A DNA stretch of 64,000 bases from a virus (taxonomy: Duplodnaviria > Caudoviricetes), in the IMG/VR virus record IMGVR_UViG_3300035141_000033, positions 2,401-66,400 of that record; one strand, written 5' to 3'. Under the pieces are notes generated by a model that made no database searches, had not been told where the DNA came from, and worked only from the letters and a program-made list of their open reading frames with translations. The translations under genes were made by a program, and so were the position numbers. Positions 39,172-48,675 of this stretch are shown piece by piece (within the stretch, counting starts at the first letter, position 1; every line of letters begins with the position of its first letter).

Positions 39172-39284
39172 AATGATTTTCCTTTATTTTCTTTTCTAAT
39201 TTTATAATCTAAATAAACAAAAACAATCAAACCAAACATTAATACAAAACTATTAGCTATTATTAAATCTATAAAGCCTTTCAT
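39168..39284 (-). CDS. small single-TM protein (38 aa, not in ORF track)
   Basis: MKGFIDLIIANSFVLMFGLIVFVYLDYKIRKENKGKSL; AGGA RBS; ATGA overlap with the next gene. Confidence 0.45.
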   Translation of the reverse strand: MKGFIDLIIANSFVLMFGLIVFVYLDYKIRKENKGKSL

Positions 39285-39331
39285 TATTAAATTCCTTTTC
39301 TTTTATTATTTATCATTATAAATATATCCTT

Positions 39332-40072
39332 TCATTTTTTATAATACCATTCCCACCAGATTTTTTCTAATTCTTCATAACCCTTTTCATTTTTAGAAAT
39401 TCTATTATGCTCTTGCCATGGCTTTAATCCTACATAATGAATAATTGCAGGATTATTAATAATATGTTTATATCGTTTGGTACCTAACATCCTTTTTTCT
39501 ACATTATACCTTTTATTAACATAATCGTATTTATTATAAAAATACAAATTCATGGTCTTCTGTTCTGGCATGGAATAACCTACTTGTGCTAATTGAACTA
39601 AAGTATTGTACGTTTGTTTATTTAGATATTCTGAACCAACAATAAATAATCCAGAATTTATTTGATTACCTAATCTATCTTTTCGTCTATTATAACCTTT
39701 TACACCAGTAATACCATTACTTGTTTTATAAAATAAATCTTTTAAATTATCCAATACCACCATATCCACATCTATAGAAAGAATTTTATCATATTCATAT
39801 AAAGAAAAGACATCTAAAAAATAATAAGTATTTCTTAATTTTGGATGAGTGGCATTAAAATTTACATCTTTATATTTATCATAATTAGGTTTTCTAAAAA
39901 TTACCTTATTGTACATTTTTTTACATGCATTTTTTATATTAGGAGACAAACCCAAATCCAAAATCACAAAATCCAAATCAAACCATTTGTTATGATATAA
40001 AAAAGATTTCATAAAAGTACGAAAACCAATATAAAAATCATCAGATAGTATTGTGAACATTGCTATTTTCAT
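39332..40072 (-). CDS. GT8-family glycosyltransferase
   Basis: SIDVDMVV (DxD), INSGLF, EQKTMN, YNV and IIHYVG.KPW. Confidence 0.88.
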   Translation of the reverse strand: MKIAMFTILSDDFYIGFRTFMKSFLYHNKWFDLDFVILDLGLSPNIKNACKKMYNKVIFRKPNYDKYKDVNFNATHPKLRNTYYFLDVFSLYEYDKILSIDVDMVVLDNLKDLFYKTSNGITGVKGYNRRKDRLGNQINSGLFIVGSEYLNKQTYNTLVQLAQVGYSMPEQKTMNLYFYNKYDYVNKRYNVEKRMLGTKRYKHIINNPAIIHYVGLKPWQEHNRISKNEKGYEELEKIWWEWYYKK

Positions 40073-40704
40073 ATTTGATTATTCTCCAAATCTTTTTTAT
40101 AATCCACATCAATAGGTTTTTCAATTGGAAAAAATATTGTGTTTTCATTATAGAGATTTTTATTTAAATTTTTTAATTCATCAACATAAGAAATAAAAAC
40201 ATAATGACTAATCATAAAAACTTTTTTGTAATCTTGTCTTCTATACAAATTATGCTGAAATATTTGACTACCTTTATTATCTTTTTCTTCATACATCATT
40301 AAATAAGGAGTTTCATCAGTTTCATATTTACATAACAAACTTTTTGCATGAGATAAGGTGAAAAAAGAATATACTTTTGAAATATCACTCCAAGTTCTAA
40401 ATGGATAAGTTAAGTATAATAAAATAATAATATCTTTTTTATTAATATCAAATTGATTTACCACATCTAATAAAACATCTTTGGTGGAAGCATGATCATC
40501 TGCTAATTTATCATCTCTACACAAAACATTATAGCCGCATTGCATTGCTTCTTCCATAATAATTTCATCATCTGTAGAAACAATTACATTCTTCATACCC
40601 ATAGGAATGCTATCAAAGGTACAATTCATTAATTTCTGATTCTTTAAAGGAAAACCTTTACTACCTTTGCGTGCCGGAATAACGAAATAAATATTATTTT
40701 TCAT
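40069..40704 (-). CDS. neuA: CMP-nonulosonate synthetase (acylneuraminate cytidylyltransferase)
   Basis: IPARKGSKG..KN, VSTDD, R...LADD, L..T.PFR and IDVDY..DL. Confidence 0.9.
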   Translation of the reverse strand: MKNNIYFVIPARKGSKGFPLKNQKLMNCTFDSIPMGMKNVIVSTDDEIIMEEAMQCGYNVLCRDDKLADDHASTKDVLLDVVNQFDINKKDIIILLYLTYPFRTWSDISKVYSFFTLSHAKSLLCKYETDETPYLMMYEEKDNKGSQIFQHNLYRRQDYKKVFMISHYVFISYVDELKNLNKNLYNENTIFFPIEKPIDVDYKKDLENNQI

Positions 40705-41500
40705 TTAATACCTCTTTTATATCTCTATAATCAAAAGTAGAAATTCGACTTATTGAACTGCAATTAAATACTCTATTTTTATATTGTTTAAATTTTTCAA
40801 AATGCACAACACATTTATTCATTTTTCTTTCATCATATTTTTTATTTTTAGTAAAGTCATCTTTAAAAAAATAATTTTCTTTTTCTGGATTTAAATCAAA
40901 TCCAAGTAAAAATATTCTTTTAGCGTTCATAATTATACCTAAATTTAATCCAGCTAATCCAGCCAATTCTCCACAAAATAAACCCATCACTATATCGTTT
41001 TGTGGTTTAATCCTGTGAATTGGAAAAGTATAAAATTTATTTTTTGTACCAATTGAAGGAGCGTACCCTGTTCTATAAGAAGCAAAAATAATACCTTTAA
41101 ATTTGTCAATATCATCCTTGCATTCAGTAACAAATTTTTTATCTAAAAATAATAAATAATCTGCATCAGAATAATAACGTAAACTATGATTTAAGACCAT
41201 AGTTTTTTTATTTTTTAATTTATTAAAATCAAAACCTTTTAAACTTGGACCGCTCCCTATAATAAACAAATCTTGGTTTTGTAACAAATTTTTTATCTCT
41301 TTAGTTTTATACACTTTTAACCTCTTCATTGTAGTAGCTGTCTGTTCAGTAGGTAAAAAAACTTCAGTATTTTGAATCAATTCAATACATTTCTGCAAAG
41401 GTAATTTAACGGGTTTATTTCCTTCTACCCTTATATGTTTTCCTTTAAAAAAAACATCATAAGGTTTATCTCCTTGATATGTTACTTCTCCATATTGCAT
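40694..41500 (-). CDS. Maf/DUF115-like glycosyltransferase (candidate nonulosonate transferase) with extra N-terminal domain
   Basis: FIIGSGPSL, LN, A..LGI.M.AKRIFLLGFD and FNCS motifs. Confidence 0.7.
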   Translation of the reverse strand: MQYGEVTYQGDKPYDVFFKGKHIRVEGNKPVKLPLQKCIELIQNTEVFLPTEQTATTMKRLKVYKTKEIKNLLQNQDLFIIGSGPSLKGFDFNKLKNKKTMVLNHSLRYYSDADYLLFLDKKFVTECKDDIDKFKGIIFASYRTGYAPSIGTKNKFYTFPIHRIKPQNDIVMGLFCGELAGLAGLNLGIIMNAKRIFLLGFDLNPEKENYFFKDDFTKNKKYDERKMNKCVVHFEKFKQYKNRVFNCSSISRISTFDYRDIKEVLNEK

Positions 41501-41697
41501 TATAAATCCTGTATATCTACCGTTTCTGTATCAATATAAGTTCCATTATGCGGAAATGTAGCATCACCAAGTCTCATATCTTTTTGTTACACCACACTGC
41601 CTAGAAATTCTGCATTTCCACTTGCAACTTATATATCATCACCATCAAATGTATAATTGCTTTCATCATCAAAAGGATATGTAATTGTTAAACTCAT
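41500..41697 (-). pseudogene. 66-codon frame with two internal TAA stops, coupled to both neighbours
   Basis: MSLTITYPFDDESNYTFDGDDI*VASGNAEFLGSVV*QKDMRLGDATFPHNGTYIDTETVDIQDL*. Confidence 0.5.
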
Positions 41698-42174
41698 CTA
41701 TTCCACCTCTACATCTTTATAGAATTCAATACTCATTTCAGCACCTGCAACAAAACCTATTGATCTATGCGCTTCATCTTCCAATTCTAATACATCTATT
41801 AAAATGTCATATCCTGGAATAATACCATTAACAACATCACCCAAAGTTCTATCTGAAATAATACCAGTCCATAAATCTTTCTGAAATTCCATTATACCTT
41901 TATGATCTTCATTTCCCATAACTGCTATATTTTGCTCTATTGCTTTGGTTGCAAATTGTATTGAAATTGCATATATTCTACGTTCCATCTGTTTAAACGG
42001 AATATTATCTACCTGTTCAATTCTAATACTTGTTGGTGCTAAATTGTAAAAAGGAAAATTATCTATTTTCACTAAAGTATAAGGATCATTTGCAATATAT
42101 CCAGAATTGGATGCATAATATAATGTGTCATAATTTTTTAATTGATTTGCCAATGCTTCTAATACATCTTTCAT
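41698..42174 (-). CDS. putative tail terminator / tail completion protein
   Basis: 158 aa, typical size and pattern (PFYNL, I.I.F, LWT.I..DRTLG); follows the neck gene. Confidence 0.6.
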   Translation of the reverse strand: MKDVLEALANQLKNYDTLYYASNSGYIANDPYTLVKIDNFPFYNLAPTSIRIEQVDNIPFKQMERRIYAISIQFATKAIEQNIAVMGNEDHKGIMEFQKDLWTGIISDRTLGDVVNGIIPGYDILIDVLELEDEAHRSIGFVAGAEMSIEFYKDVEVE

Positions 42175-42362
42175 ATTATTATCTCATACTTAAATTCTTT
42201 ATTTTTATCATAAGGTATGTATCTAAATGACATATCTGAATTAGTTGATTTTTCATAATAATAATTAATCACTAAATTTCTTTTTATAAAATAATCATAA
42301 ACTGTCATTTTTATACCTCTTAATACCTTATAGTATTTATAGCAGGTAAAGTACAATGACAA
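42171..42362 (-). CDS. hypothetical protein
   Basis: Short ORF coupled to the terminator gene. Confidence 0.4.
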   Translation of the reverse strand: MSLYFTCYKYYKVLRGIKMTVYDYFIKRNLVINYYYEKSTNSDMSFRYIPYDKNKEFKYEIII

Positions 42363-42523
42363 AAACTCCTTTCCTTATTAGGACAATACTCACATGGATT
42401 TTTCTCTATTGAAGTTTCAGTCATATCACTTACAACATAATATTCATATTCAGAAACTGGTTTTATTTCAAAATTAACAATACTCATTTTTTTACTCCTT
42501 TTGTTAAAGCATTTCTTAACCAT
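42320..42523 (-). CDS. hypothetical protein, Cys-rich C-terminus
   Basis: PCEYCPN...CHC; likely start ~42487. Confidence 0.45.
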   Translation of the reverse strand: MVKKCFNKRSKKMSIVNFEIKPVSEYEYYVVSDMTETSIEKNPCEYCPNKERSFCHCTLPAINTIRY

Positions 42524-42993
42524 ATATAAGTGAAACTATTATAAGATCCACTTTTAAATTGCTTTACATCAAAACTTAAAAAACTATTTACTCTAAATGC
42601 TACATTTTTATAAATAGGTCGTACTTTATTAAAATATCTAGCATACTTCTGACCTTTTTTATTCCTAACATAACTTTCATTTACTCGCCAAAATAAAATT
42701 TTTCTGGTATATTTTTTCTTAGCTGAAGTTCCAGATCCTTCTCTTAATTTTCCAGTCATAACACCTATACCGCTAGAAAAACCCTTTTTTATTTTCCACG
42801 CTTTATAACTAGGCTTTAACTTTTTCCATCTTTTAGCTACATCACTTTCACTTCTAAATTGCCAATCTACAAATTCAGTTATTTTTGGAGTCATTGCTTT
42901 CCATAATGGTTTAGCATTTCCTGATCCTTTTTTAATTCGTTCTAACCAAGCAATAACTGCATCTTTATTTTCTAAATCAATTCTTATCTTCAT
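42484..42993 (-). CDS. neck / virion morphogenesis protein (Mu gpG-like)
   Basis: F.SE....WKKLKPSY..WK..KG...G...TG.LR pattern. Confidence 0.7.
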   Translation of the reverse strand: MKIRIDLENKDAVIAWLERIKKGSGNAKPLWKAMTPKITEFVDWQFRSESDVAKRWKKLKPSYKAWKIKKGFSSGIGVMTGKLREGSGTSAKKKYTRKILFWRVNESYVRNKKGQKYARYFNKVRPIYKNVAFRVNSFLSFDVKQFKSGSYNSFTYIWLRNALTKGVKK

Positions 42994-43031
42994 TTATTCC
43001 AATGCCTGTCCAAAATTCATAAATTACCCCT

Positions 43032-43505
43032 TTAACTTGTTTCCGTTATTCTATCATCTAATAAATAATCTTCTTCATCTTCAAACTTAGGTATTCCTTT
43101 ACCCGGATATAATTTAATATTACTTGCTGTTCTAGCAGGATAATCTTTCGGTTGTATTGTTGTTTCTTCAGTTAGAACTATATCTCCCTTTAATATTTTA
43201 TTTATCAGTTTATCATATTTTTTTCTGTAATAATCAATATCAGAAATCTCATCCACTTTTCTCTGAACACTAAAAACTTTAATTAAAGTTAATTCCATAG
43301 ATTTATATATCGCTAATAAATAAACCACCTTTGAAGTTGAAGAGATTGAATCTAAATCAGCTTCACTTATAATAGAACTCAAATCAACTTTAATTTCATT
43401 TTCAGCTTCAGTAATTCTGCCTTCAATCTCTTCATCACTAAGATCAATTTCCTTTTTGATTGCGTTATTAAATCCTCTTACTTCTCCTGCTGTACAATAA
43501 GCCAT
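43032..43505 (-). CDS. head-tail adaptor (Mu gp36 / DUF1320-like)
   Basis: MAYCT..EV, EAENEI...L, Y...YD.LI..I..G.I.L; follows the capsid gene. Confidence 0.7.
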   Translation of the reverse strand: MAYCTAGEVRGFNNAIKKEIDLSDEEIEGRITEAENEIKVDLSSIISEADLDSISSTSKVVYLLAIYKSMELTLIKVFSVQRKVDEISDIDYYRKKYDKLINKILKGDIVLTEETTIQPKDYPARTASNIKLYPGKGIPKFEDEEDYLLDDRITETS

Positions 43506-43522
43506 TATAAACCTCTTATAAT

Positions 43523-43554
43523 TTTACTTTACGTCTTTTTAGACGTAAAGTAAA
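43523..43554. terminator. 14-bp perfect hairpin downstream of the major capsid gene
   Basis: TTTACTTTACGTCT-TTTT-AGACGTAAAGTAAA. Confidence 0.6.
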
Positions 43555-43563
43555 TATAAATTT

Positions 43564-44508
43564 TTAACTTATCACATCTTGTAATAAATACCAATTTTTT
43601 AATTCTGCTTCTAATAAATCATAATCCCATTCTACAAGTATTTTAGTACCATTTGGGTCTTTAACTTTTTCTTTAGAAACTTTTAATGAATCATATTCCA
43701 TAGTTAAGATACCAAATTGATCTTCAACATTTGTTGATACAGGAACATAACCAATTAAACAATCTTTTCCCCAAGCTGCTTCAACTGATTTAGTCTGCCC
43801 TTTATTTGAATTATTAATACGCCCAGAACTAATTACAACTTTCAGTCCTTTAATATATGGTGGAAGTCCTACAAGTTTCATCACTTGTTGTTGGAACTGA
43901 GAAGTAATTACTTCCATGCCATATTGATATTGCAAAGTATCTTTAATAAAAGTCATATTTGCTGCGTATAAAGCTGCTTGAAAAGGAATTACTATAGTAT
44001 TGGCCATAGAACCAGTATTAGCATAAATAGCATTAACTGCTGTAATAATACTAGCTTCTAAATCAGGTGCAGTTGAATCCCATCTTGCAGTTCCTGTTAA
44101 TGCTGTTGTTTGAGTTACTTTGGTTGGATCAGTTAGTACATCAGCAGTCCTTTTCTCATGTTTAAGTTTTAATCTATGAGTTAGTTTTATAGTTTCTCTT
44201 TTTTCTGCTTTTACGATTTTTTCAGCATTATTTGCTTCTTTATCAGATATTACAGAATTAAGAGCTTTTCTGGTGGTTCTGTAGCTGTAAGGATCACCCA
44301 CTCCAAAATCTACACCATTTGATGCAGTTTCTTCCGCTTCATCATTTACTTGATTTATAGCATCGTCTGCATCTACAAAAACTTTATCCGAATAATTATC
44401 CACTGATTTTATAGGGGCTACAACTTCACCAATCATATTACCTACTGGATACGCAAGAGCTAAATCAGTTAAATATCTATCATATCTTGTTTTTCCGTAT
44501 GTCGCCAT
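43564..44508 (-). CDS. major capsid protein (HK97 fold, lambda gpE-like)
   Basis: D.YLT.LA.AY, AP...V, L..E.R.A..LT, W..S..DL; position after scaffold and decoration genes. Confidence 0.8.
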   Translation of the reverse strand: MATYGKTRYDRYLTDLALAYPVGNMIGEVVAPIKSVDNYSDKVFVDADDAINQVNDEAEETASNGVDFGVGDPYSYRTTRKALNSVISDKEANNAEKIVKAEKRETIKLTHRLKLKHEKRTADVLTDPTKVTQTTALTGTARWDSTAPDLEASIITAVNAIYANTGSMANTIVIPFQAALYAANMTFIKDTLQYQYGMEVITSQFQQQVMKLVGLPPYIKGLKVVISSGRINNSNKGQTKSVEAAWGKDCLIGYVPVSTNVEDQFGILTMEYDSLKVSKEKVKDPNGTKILVEWDYDLLEAELKNWYLLQDVIS

Positions 44509-44525
44509 TTTTATTCCTCCTTATT

Positions 44526-44951
44526 TTATGATGATGTATGGTCGCCAACAAAGAAGCGATCAATAATAACTGGAATAACATCACCGTCAGCCCACGCTTT
44601 TGTTGCAAAACCTAATACATACACACCATCAGTACCGTCATGACGAATACCCTCTCCACTAGCATTAGACATAACTCTATCACCCCTAACACCAGCACCT
44701 GCCATTTTTACAAAAACTATACCACTGTATTTTACCGCCATTTGCTTATTTGTAGTTGAATAACCATCCGCTCCATTTTCAGAACCATTACCAGCTACAC
44801 CTAATGGAAAAACAGTACCACCCGCTGCATTTATAATACCATCAGTTGCTGTTCCATTAGATACAATCGTATATTTAGCAATTGTTGCTTCTGCTACACC
44901 ATTTAAGGTCTTAACATCTCTTTCTTCACCTTGTCCACCTGTCCAAGCCAT
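44526..44951 (-). CDS. capsid decoration/cement protein (DUF2190-like)
   Basis: Gly/Ala-rich, GIVFVKMAGA...GD.V.S...G pattern; directly upstream of the MCP. Confidence 0.7.
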   Translation of the reverse strand: MAWTGGQGEERDVKTLNGVAEATIAKYTIVSNGTATDGIINAAGGTVFPLGVAGNGSENGADGYSTTNKQMAVKYSGIVFVKMAGAGVRGDRVMSNASGEGIRHDGTDGVYVLGFATKAWADGDVIPVIIDRFFVGDHTSS

Positions 44952-44961
44952 AATTTACCTC

Positions 44962-46182
44962 CTATATTCCTACAACTTCGCCAGCTTTACTTAAAGCCTC
45001 AAACCGCGACATACCTTCAGCCATGTACTCTTTTACAAGTTTTTGAACTTTCTTGTATCTATCGTCTGAAGGTGCTGATTGTCTTGTTTTAGTTCTTTCA
45101 GCAAAATCAACTTTGTTAGGATAATTTTTGAAGAAATTTTCAATCACACTAACTAAAGGTTTTTCAGCAGTTACAATTTCACCATCAACTTCTTCTGAAA
45201 ACATAATTGTGTTTTCACTAAGTTCTGATAAAAGAACTGGTTTAAAATGATTAATCACTGCAGAAGGAACACCTTCTAATAAAGCACTTTTACAAATAGA
45301 TTCAACTTTCTTTTCACGAGCATCATCGTTAATTTTTTTAATCTGCTCACTAAAAGTTTTAGTTTCTTGCTCTTTTGTAATAAGCTGTCCTTTCAGTTCA
45401 TTAATCTGTGCTTCAAAACTTTTTTTAATGCCTTCCATTTCCGACATTGTAACCACTTGCTCATTTTGTGTAGTTGCTACTTTTTGCTCTGGTTTTAATG
45501 TCTCTTCTTTTTTTCCAAAAATATCAGAAAATTTAGCAACAACTCTATCCACGATACCAGTAGTTGTTTCTTCACTAAGTTGTACATCTTTTACTTGTAC
45601 CTCAGTATCTTGTTTTTTCTTAGGATCCATAATGGGTTCTCCTTCGTATATAAAATTTCCACCAAAACCAGGAGCCTCGCTCATGTGCACATCCGAGATG
45701 TGTTTAAGAGATGGATTGTTTGTTAGACTAATTGCTTTAATAAATTTCTTTCCAGTATTTTTATAATTAAAAACTATTTCTGGAGATATGGTTTTAAAAA
45801 ACTTACCACCAAATAACATTTCTTTCAATACAGTAGGAATTTTCTTTATGTCCGCAAATATACTTTTTCCTTTCTTTCTTAAATTATGTATATATCCTAA
45901 ATTAGGTAATTCTTCACCTAATGGAATATTCTTTGCTTGGAATAATTCTTTTAATAATAATTGCTGTCCTGAATGACTTAACTTTACATTAGGTTCGTCT
46001 ACCTCATTATATTCTGCATACATTTCCAACATTTCATCTAAATCATCTTCAGTAAATTTAATTTTATGGCTGTTGGGTAAAAGATTAAATATTTCTATTC
46101 CTTCTATATCAGAATAATCGCCATTAAATAATTCCGCTATTTCAGTAAACTCTTTTGTATTTTTACTTTTTTCAGCAAACAT
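44962..46182 (-). CDS. prohead protease/scaffold (Mu gpI-like)
   Basis: N-terminal H, G.I..L, ISPEI and AISLTNNP; C-terminal coiled-coil scaffold. Confidence 0.75.
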   Translation of the reverse strand: MFAEKSKNTKEFTEIAELFNGDYSDIEGIEIFNLLPNSHKIKFTEDDLDEMLEMYAEYNEVDEPNVKLSHSGQQLLLKELFQAKNIPLGEELPNLGYIHNLRKKGKSIFADIKKIPTVLKEMLFGGKFFKTISPEIVFNYKNTGKKFIKAISLTNNPSLKHISDVHMSEAPGFGGNFIYEGEPIMDPKKKQDTEVQVKDVQLSEETTTGIVDRVVAKFSDIFGKKEETLKPEQKVATTQNEQVVTMSEMEGIKKSFEAQINELKGQLITKEQETKTFSEQIKKINDDAREKKVESICKSALLEGVPSAVINHFKPVLLSELSENTIMFSEEVDGEIVTAEKPLVSVIENFFKNYPNKVDFAERTKTRQSAPSDDRYKKVQKLVKEYMAEGMSRFEALSKAGEVVGI

Positions 46183-46184
46183 AA

Positions 46185-48434
46185 TTAACCTCCTATTTCA
46201 CTAAATGTTTTACCTTGTATCTTATTACCTAATTTTGCAGTAACGGCTTGTACTGTTATAGGTCTATTATTTTTCATTGTTAAATCTGTTTGTTCAAAAG
46301 CTGGACTATCAATTTCCTCTTTAGTTATAGGCAACCAAACCGACCTACAATTGTAATGTATTGGTGTTGCGTATTCACTAAGTATAGGTGATCCTTCTTC
46401 AACTATTAATCCACCCTCACCATATTGTGTATATAACGCAGTGCATATCTCACTAGTACGTCTATCCAATATAGCTGAAAACTGAAATCGTTGTATTTCT
46501 TTTTCTGGTTTTAATACACCTTGTTTTATTAATTTTTTATTTAATAATAAATAATCTGCATTACTTTTATTCAAAGTAAAACCCATTTCAGTTCCAGCTA
46601 ATGTTGTTAATTTGGCAGATATAAAATTCCTAAATACTTGAGTAACACTATTTAATAATTCAGGTTTAGATAACTGTGAAGAGATATCACGTGCTATTTG
46701 ATACCTAATAGCAGTTTCTAAATCATTACTTAATTTAATACTTAAAAGATCCGCTCTAAAATTTATAAATTGATTAGGAGTTTCAGTAACCGCAAAATTC
46801 TTTTTCTTTTCTACACCTTGTTTAAAATTATCAAATGAAAAATTATAAATATTATTTAAATAATTTTTCATTATTTTTTTTATCTTGCCTTTGCTAATCA
46901 CAATACCATTAGCAACATTAATAAATTTATCAGTGATATAATTCTTATCTAAATATTTTTTTATTCTATCTGCTTGCGCTAATAATTCTTCAGTTAAACT
47001 TATTTGAAACTTTTCCGATTCCTCATTTAAAAAAGAATCTAATTCAGATAGATTAAATTGTTTTTCCCTTTTACTTAAAACAAGTTCTCTTGCTGCAAAC
47101 TTTTCTTCTTCACTTTTTTCTTTGGCTTTCTTAACCTCTTCAATTCCTTCTCCTTCTCCTTGCTCCTCGGTTTGGGTTTCTTTTTCGGTCTGTAACCTAT
47201 CATCCACAACCTCCATTTCTTCAAGTTCTTTTCTTTCCTCTAAAGGAATACCTGTTTTATCAATTAGCCATTGTTGTTCTGGGAATTCTTTACCTTGTTC
47301 AACTAATTTTTCTACAATCTTATTTGCTGTATATTTACTATCATCATCTAATTTTCCTGATCTAACATGACCTTCTACACTATCACCCCAATTTAATTTA
47401 ATAAAAGGTTGTACCAAATATTTATCGATAGTATCTACGATATGATCATATAAATCTTGCTTACGCATAATAAACAAACCTTGAAATGCTTCTATACTAG
47501 AACGTGCTCCAACTTCACCTTGTGTTAGTGCTTTTTCTGGAATAACAAAACCTCTTAAAATAGTTTCATCTAAATATTGTGCTCTACTTAAAAATGGATC
47601 TGTGTGATCAGCGCCTTCTAATATTTTTATATCCCATTGATAATTTCCATTTGCATCTCTACCAGACGGTAAAGCTATATGAGTTCCTTCCATAACACCG
47701 TCCAATAAATCTAACATAATATCTTGATTATCTATATCAACTCCGTTTTCATTTGATTTACCTATTGGGTAACGTCCTTCAAATAAACCTGTTCCTTTTC
47801 TTTCTAACCATCTCATATGGAATTGTCTGTTTATATTTGCATCGTACCAAAATGGATAAATAGGTTCTTGTGCTGATATTCCATAAAAATTACCTGATTC
47901 TAAATTATGGGTAAAAACTAAAGCTTTTTTATCTTCTGCTAAACATTTCCTAGCTTCTTCTGAATCTTGAATAAATCCTCTAAATCTACCAGTATCAGGT
48001 GTAATTAATATTTCTATAGTTTCCCCATCCAATCCTTTAGGTTGTTTTAATAATACACCTTCGTATGTTTTTTCTGTTTCATTCTTATCTTTATATTTTA
48101 TTACTCCAGGTTCCCACCTAACTTCCATTGCTTTAAAACCAAAATCTACACTCTCGGTTGCTTCTTTTATAAGTTTTCGCCAAATCTTTCCAAAAACTTT
48201 TTCAGTAATAATTCTAATATCTTCATCTTCAAATTCATATGTAGGTGGAATATCCGCTAATCCTAATTTAAGGAAGTTCAATCCCATCCAACACATAGGA
48301 TACATTCTCATCTTTTTATATTGTTCTACAGTTCTTTCAGAACTGTAGAATAGGATATCTGATAATGTGTGATATCTATCACCGTATCTTGTTAATTCTT
48401 TTGTTAATATTGATTTAGGCATTTTGATCACCAA
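46185..48434 (-). CDS. portal protein (Mu gp29 / DUF935-like) fused to a MuF/SPP1 gp7 head morphogenesis domain
   Basis: Portal N-terminus (GFKAMEVRW, HNLESGNFYG, GKY-like GRYP); C-terminal FSAILDRRTSEIC...PIHYNCRS. Confidence 0.8.
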   Translation of the reverse strand: MVIKMPKSILTKELTRYGDRYHTLSDILFYSSERTVEQYKKMRMYPMCWMGLNFLKLGLADIPPTYEFEDEDIRIITEKVFGKIWRKLIKEATESVDFGFKAMEVRWEPGVIKYKDKNETEKTYEGVLLKQPKGLDGETIEILITPDTGRFRGFIQDSEEARKCLAEDKKALVFTHNLESGNFYGISAQEPIYPFWYDANINRQFHMRWLERKGTGLFEGRYPIGKSNENGVDIDNQDIMLDLLDGVMEGTHIALPSGRDANGNYQWDIKILEGADHTDPFLSRAQYLDETILRGFVIPEKALTQGEVGARSSIEAFQGLFIMRKQDLYDHIVDTIDKYLVQPFIKLNWGDSVEGHVRSGKLDDDSKYTANKIVEKLVEQGKEFPEQQWLIDKTGIPLEERKELEEMEVVDDRLQTEKETQTEEQGEGEGIEEVKKAKEKSEEEKFAARELVLSKREKQFNLSELDSFLNEESEKFQISLTEELLAQADRIKKYLDKNYITDKFINVANGIVISKGKIKKIMKNYLNNIYNFSFDNFKQGVEKKKNFAVTETPNQFINFRADLLSIKLSNDLETAIRYQIARDISSQLSKPELLNSVTQVFRNFISAKLTTLAGTEMGFTLNKSNADYLLLNKKLIKQGVLKPEKEIQRFQFSAILDRRTSEICTALYTQYGEGGLIVEEGSPILSEYATPIHYNCRSVWLPITKEEIDSPAFEQTDLTMKNNRPITVQAVTAKLGNKIQGKTFSEIGG

Positions 48435-48609
48435 TTGTTTTCATCATTCTTGTAGTACAATCTGAACATTCGTAATAATAATTAAATATTTTAAATATAG
48501 CACCCCCACATGTAGGACACACTTGTTTATATCTGGGTTCTATCTTTTTCTCTTTTTGTAGTTCTTTTGTTGTTTCCTTTATATCTATTTCCATTTCGGG
48601 CATCCCCAT
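48415..48609 (-). CDS. small zinc-finger protein
   Basis: CPTCGG...CSDC. Confidence 0.6.
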   Translation of the reverse strand: MGMPEMEIDIKETTKELQKEKKIEPRYKQVCPTCGGAIFKIFNYYYECSDCTTRMMKTIGDQNA

Positions 48610-48675
48610 TCACATTTTATTGTATTTTTCATATCATCAAAATCTTTTATAAAATCAGGATCCATTATCACTTCT

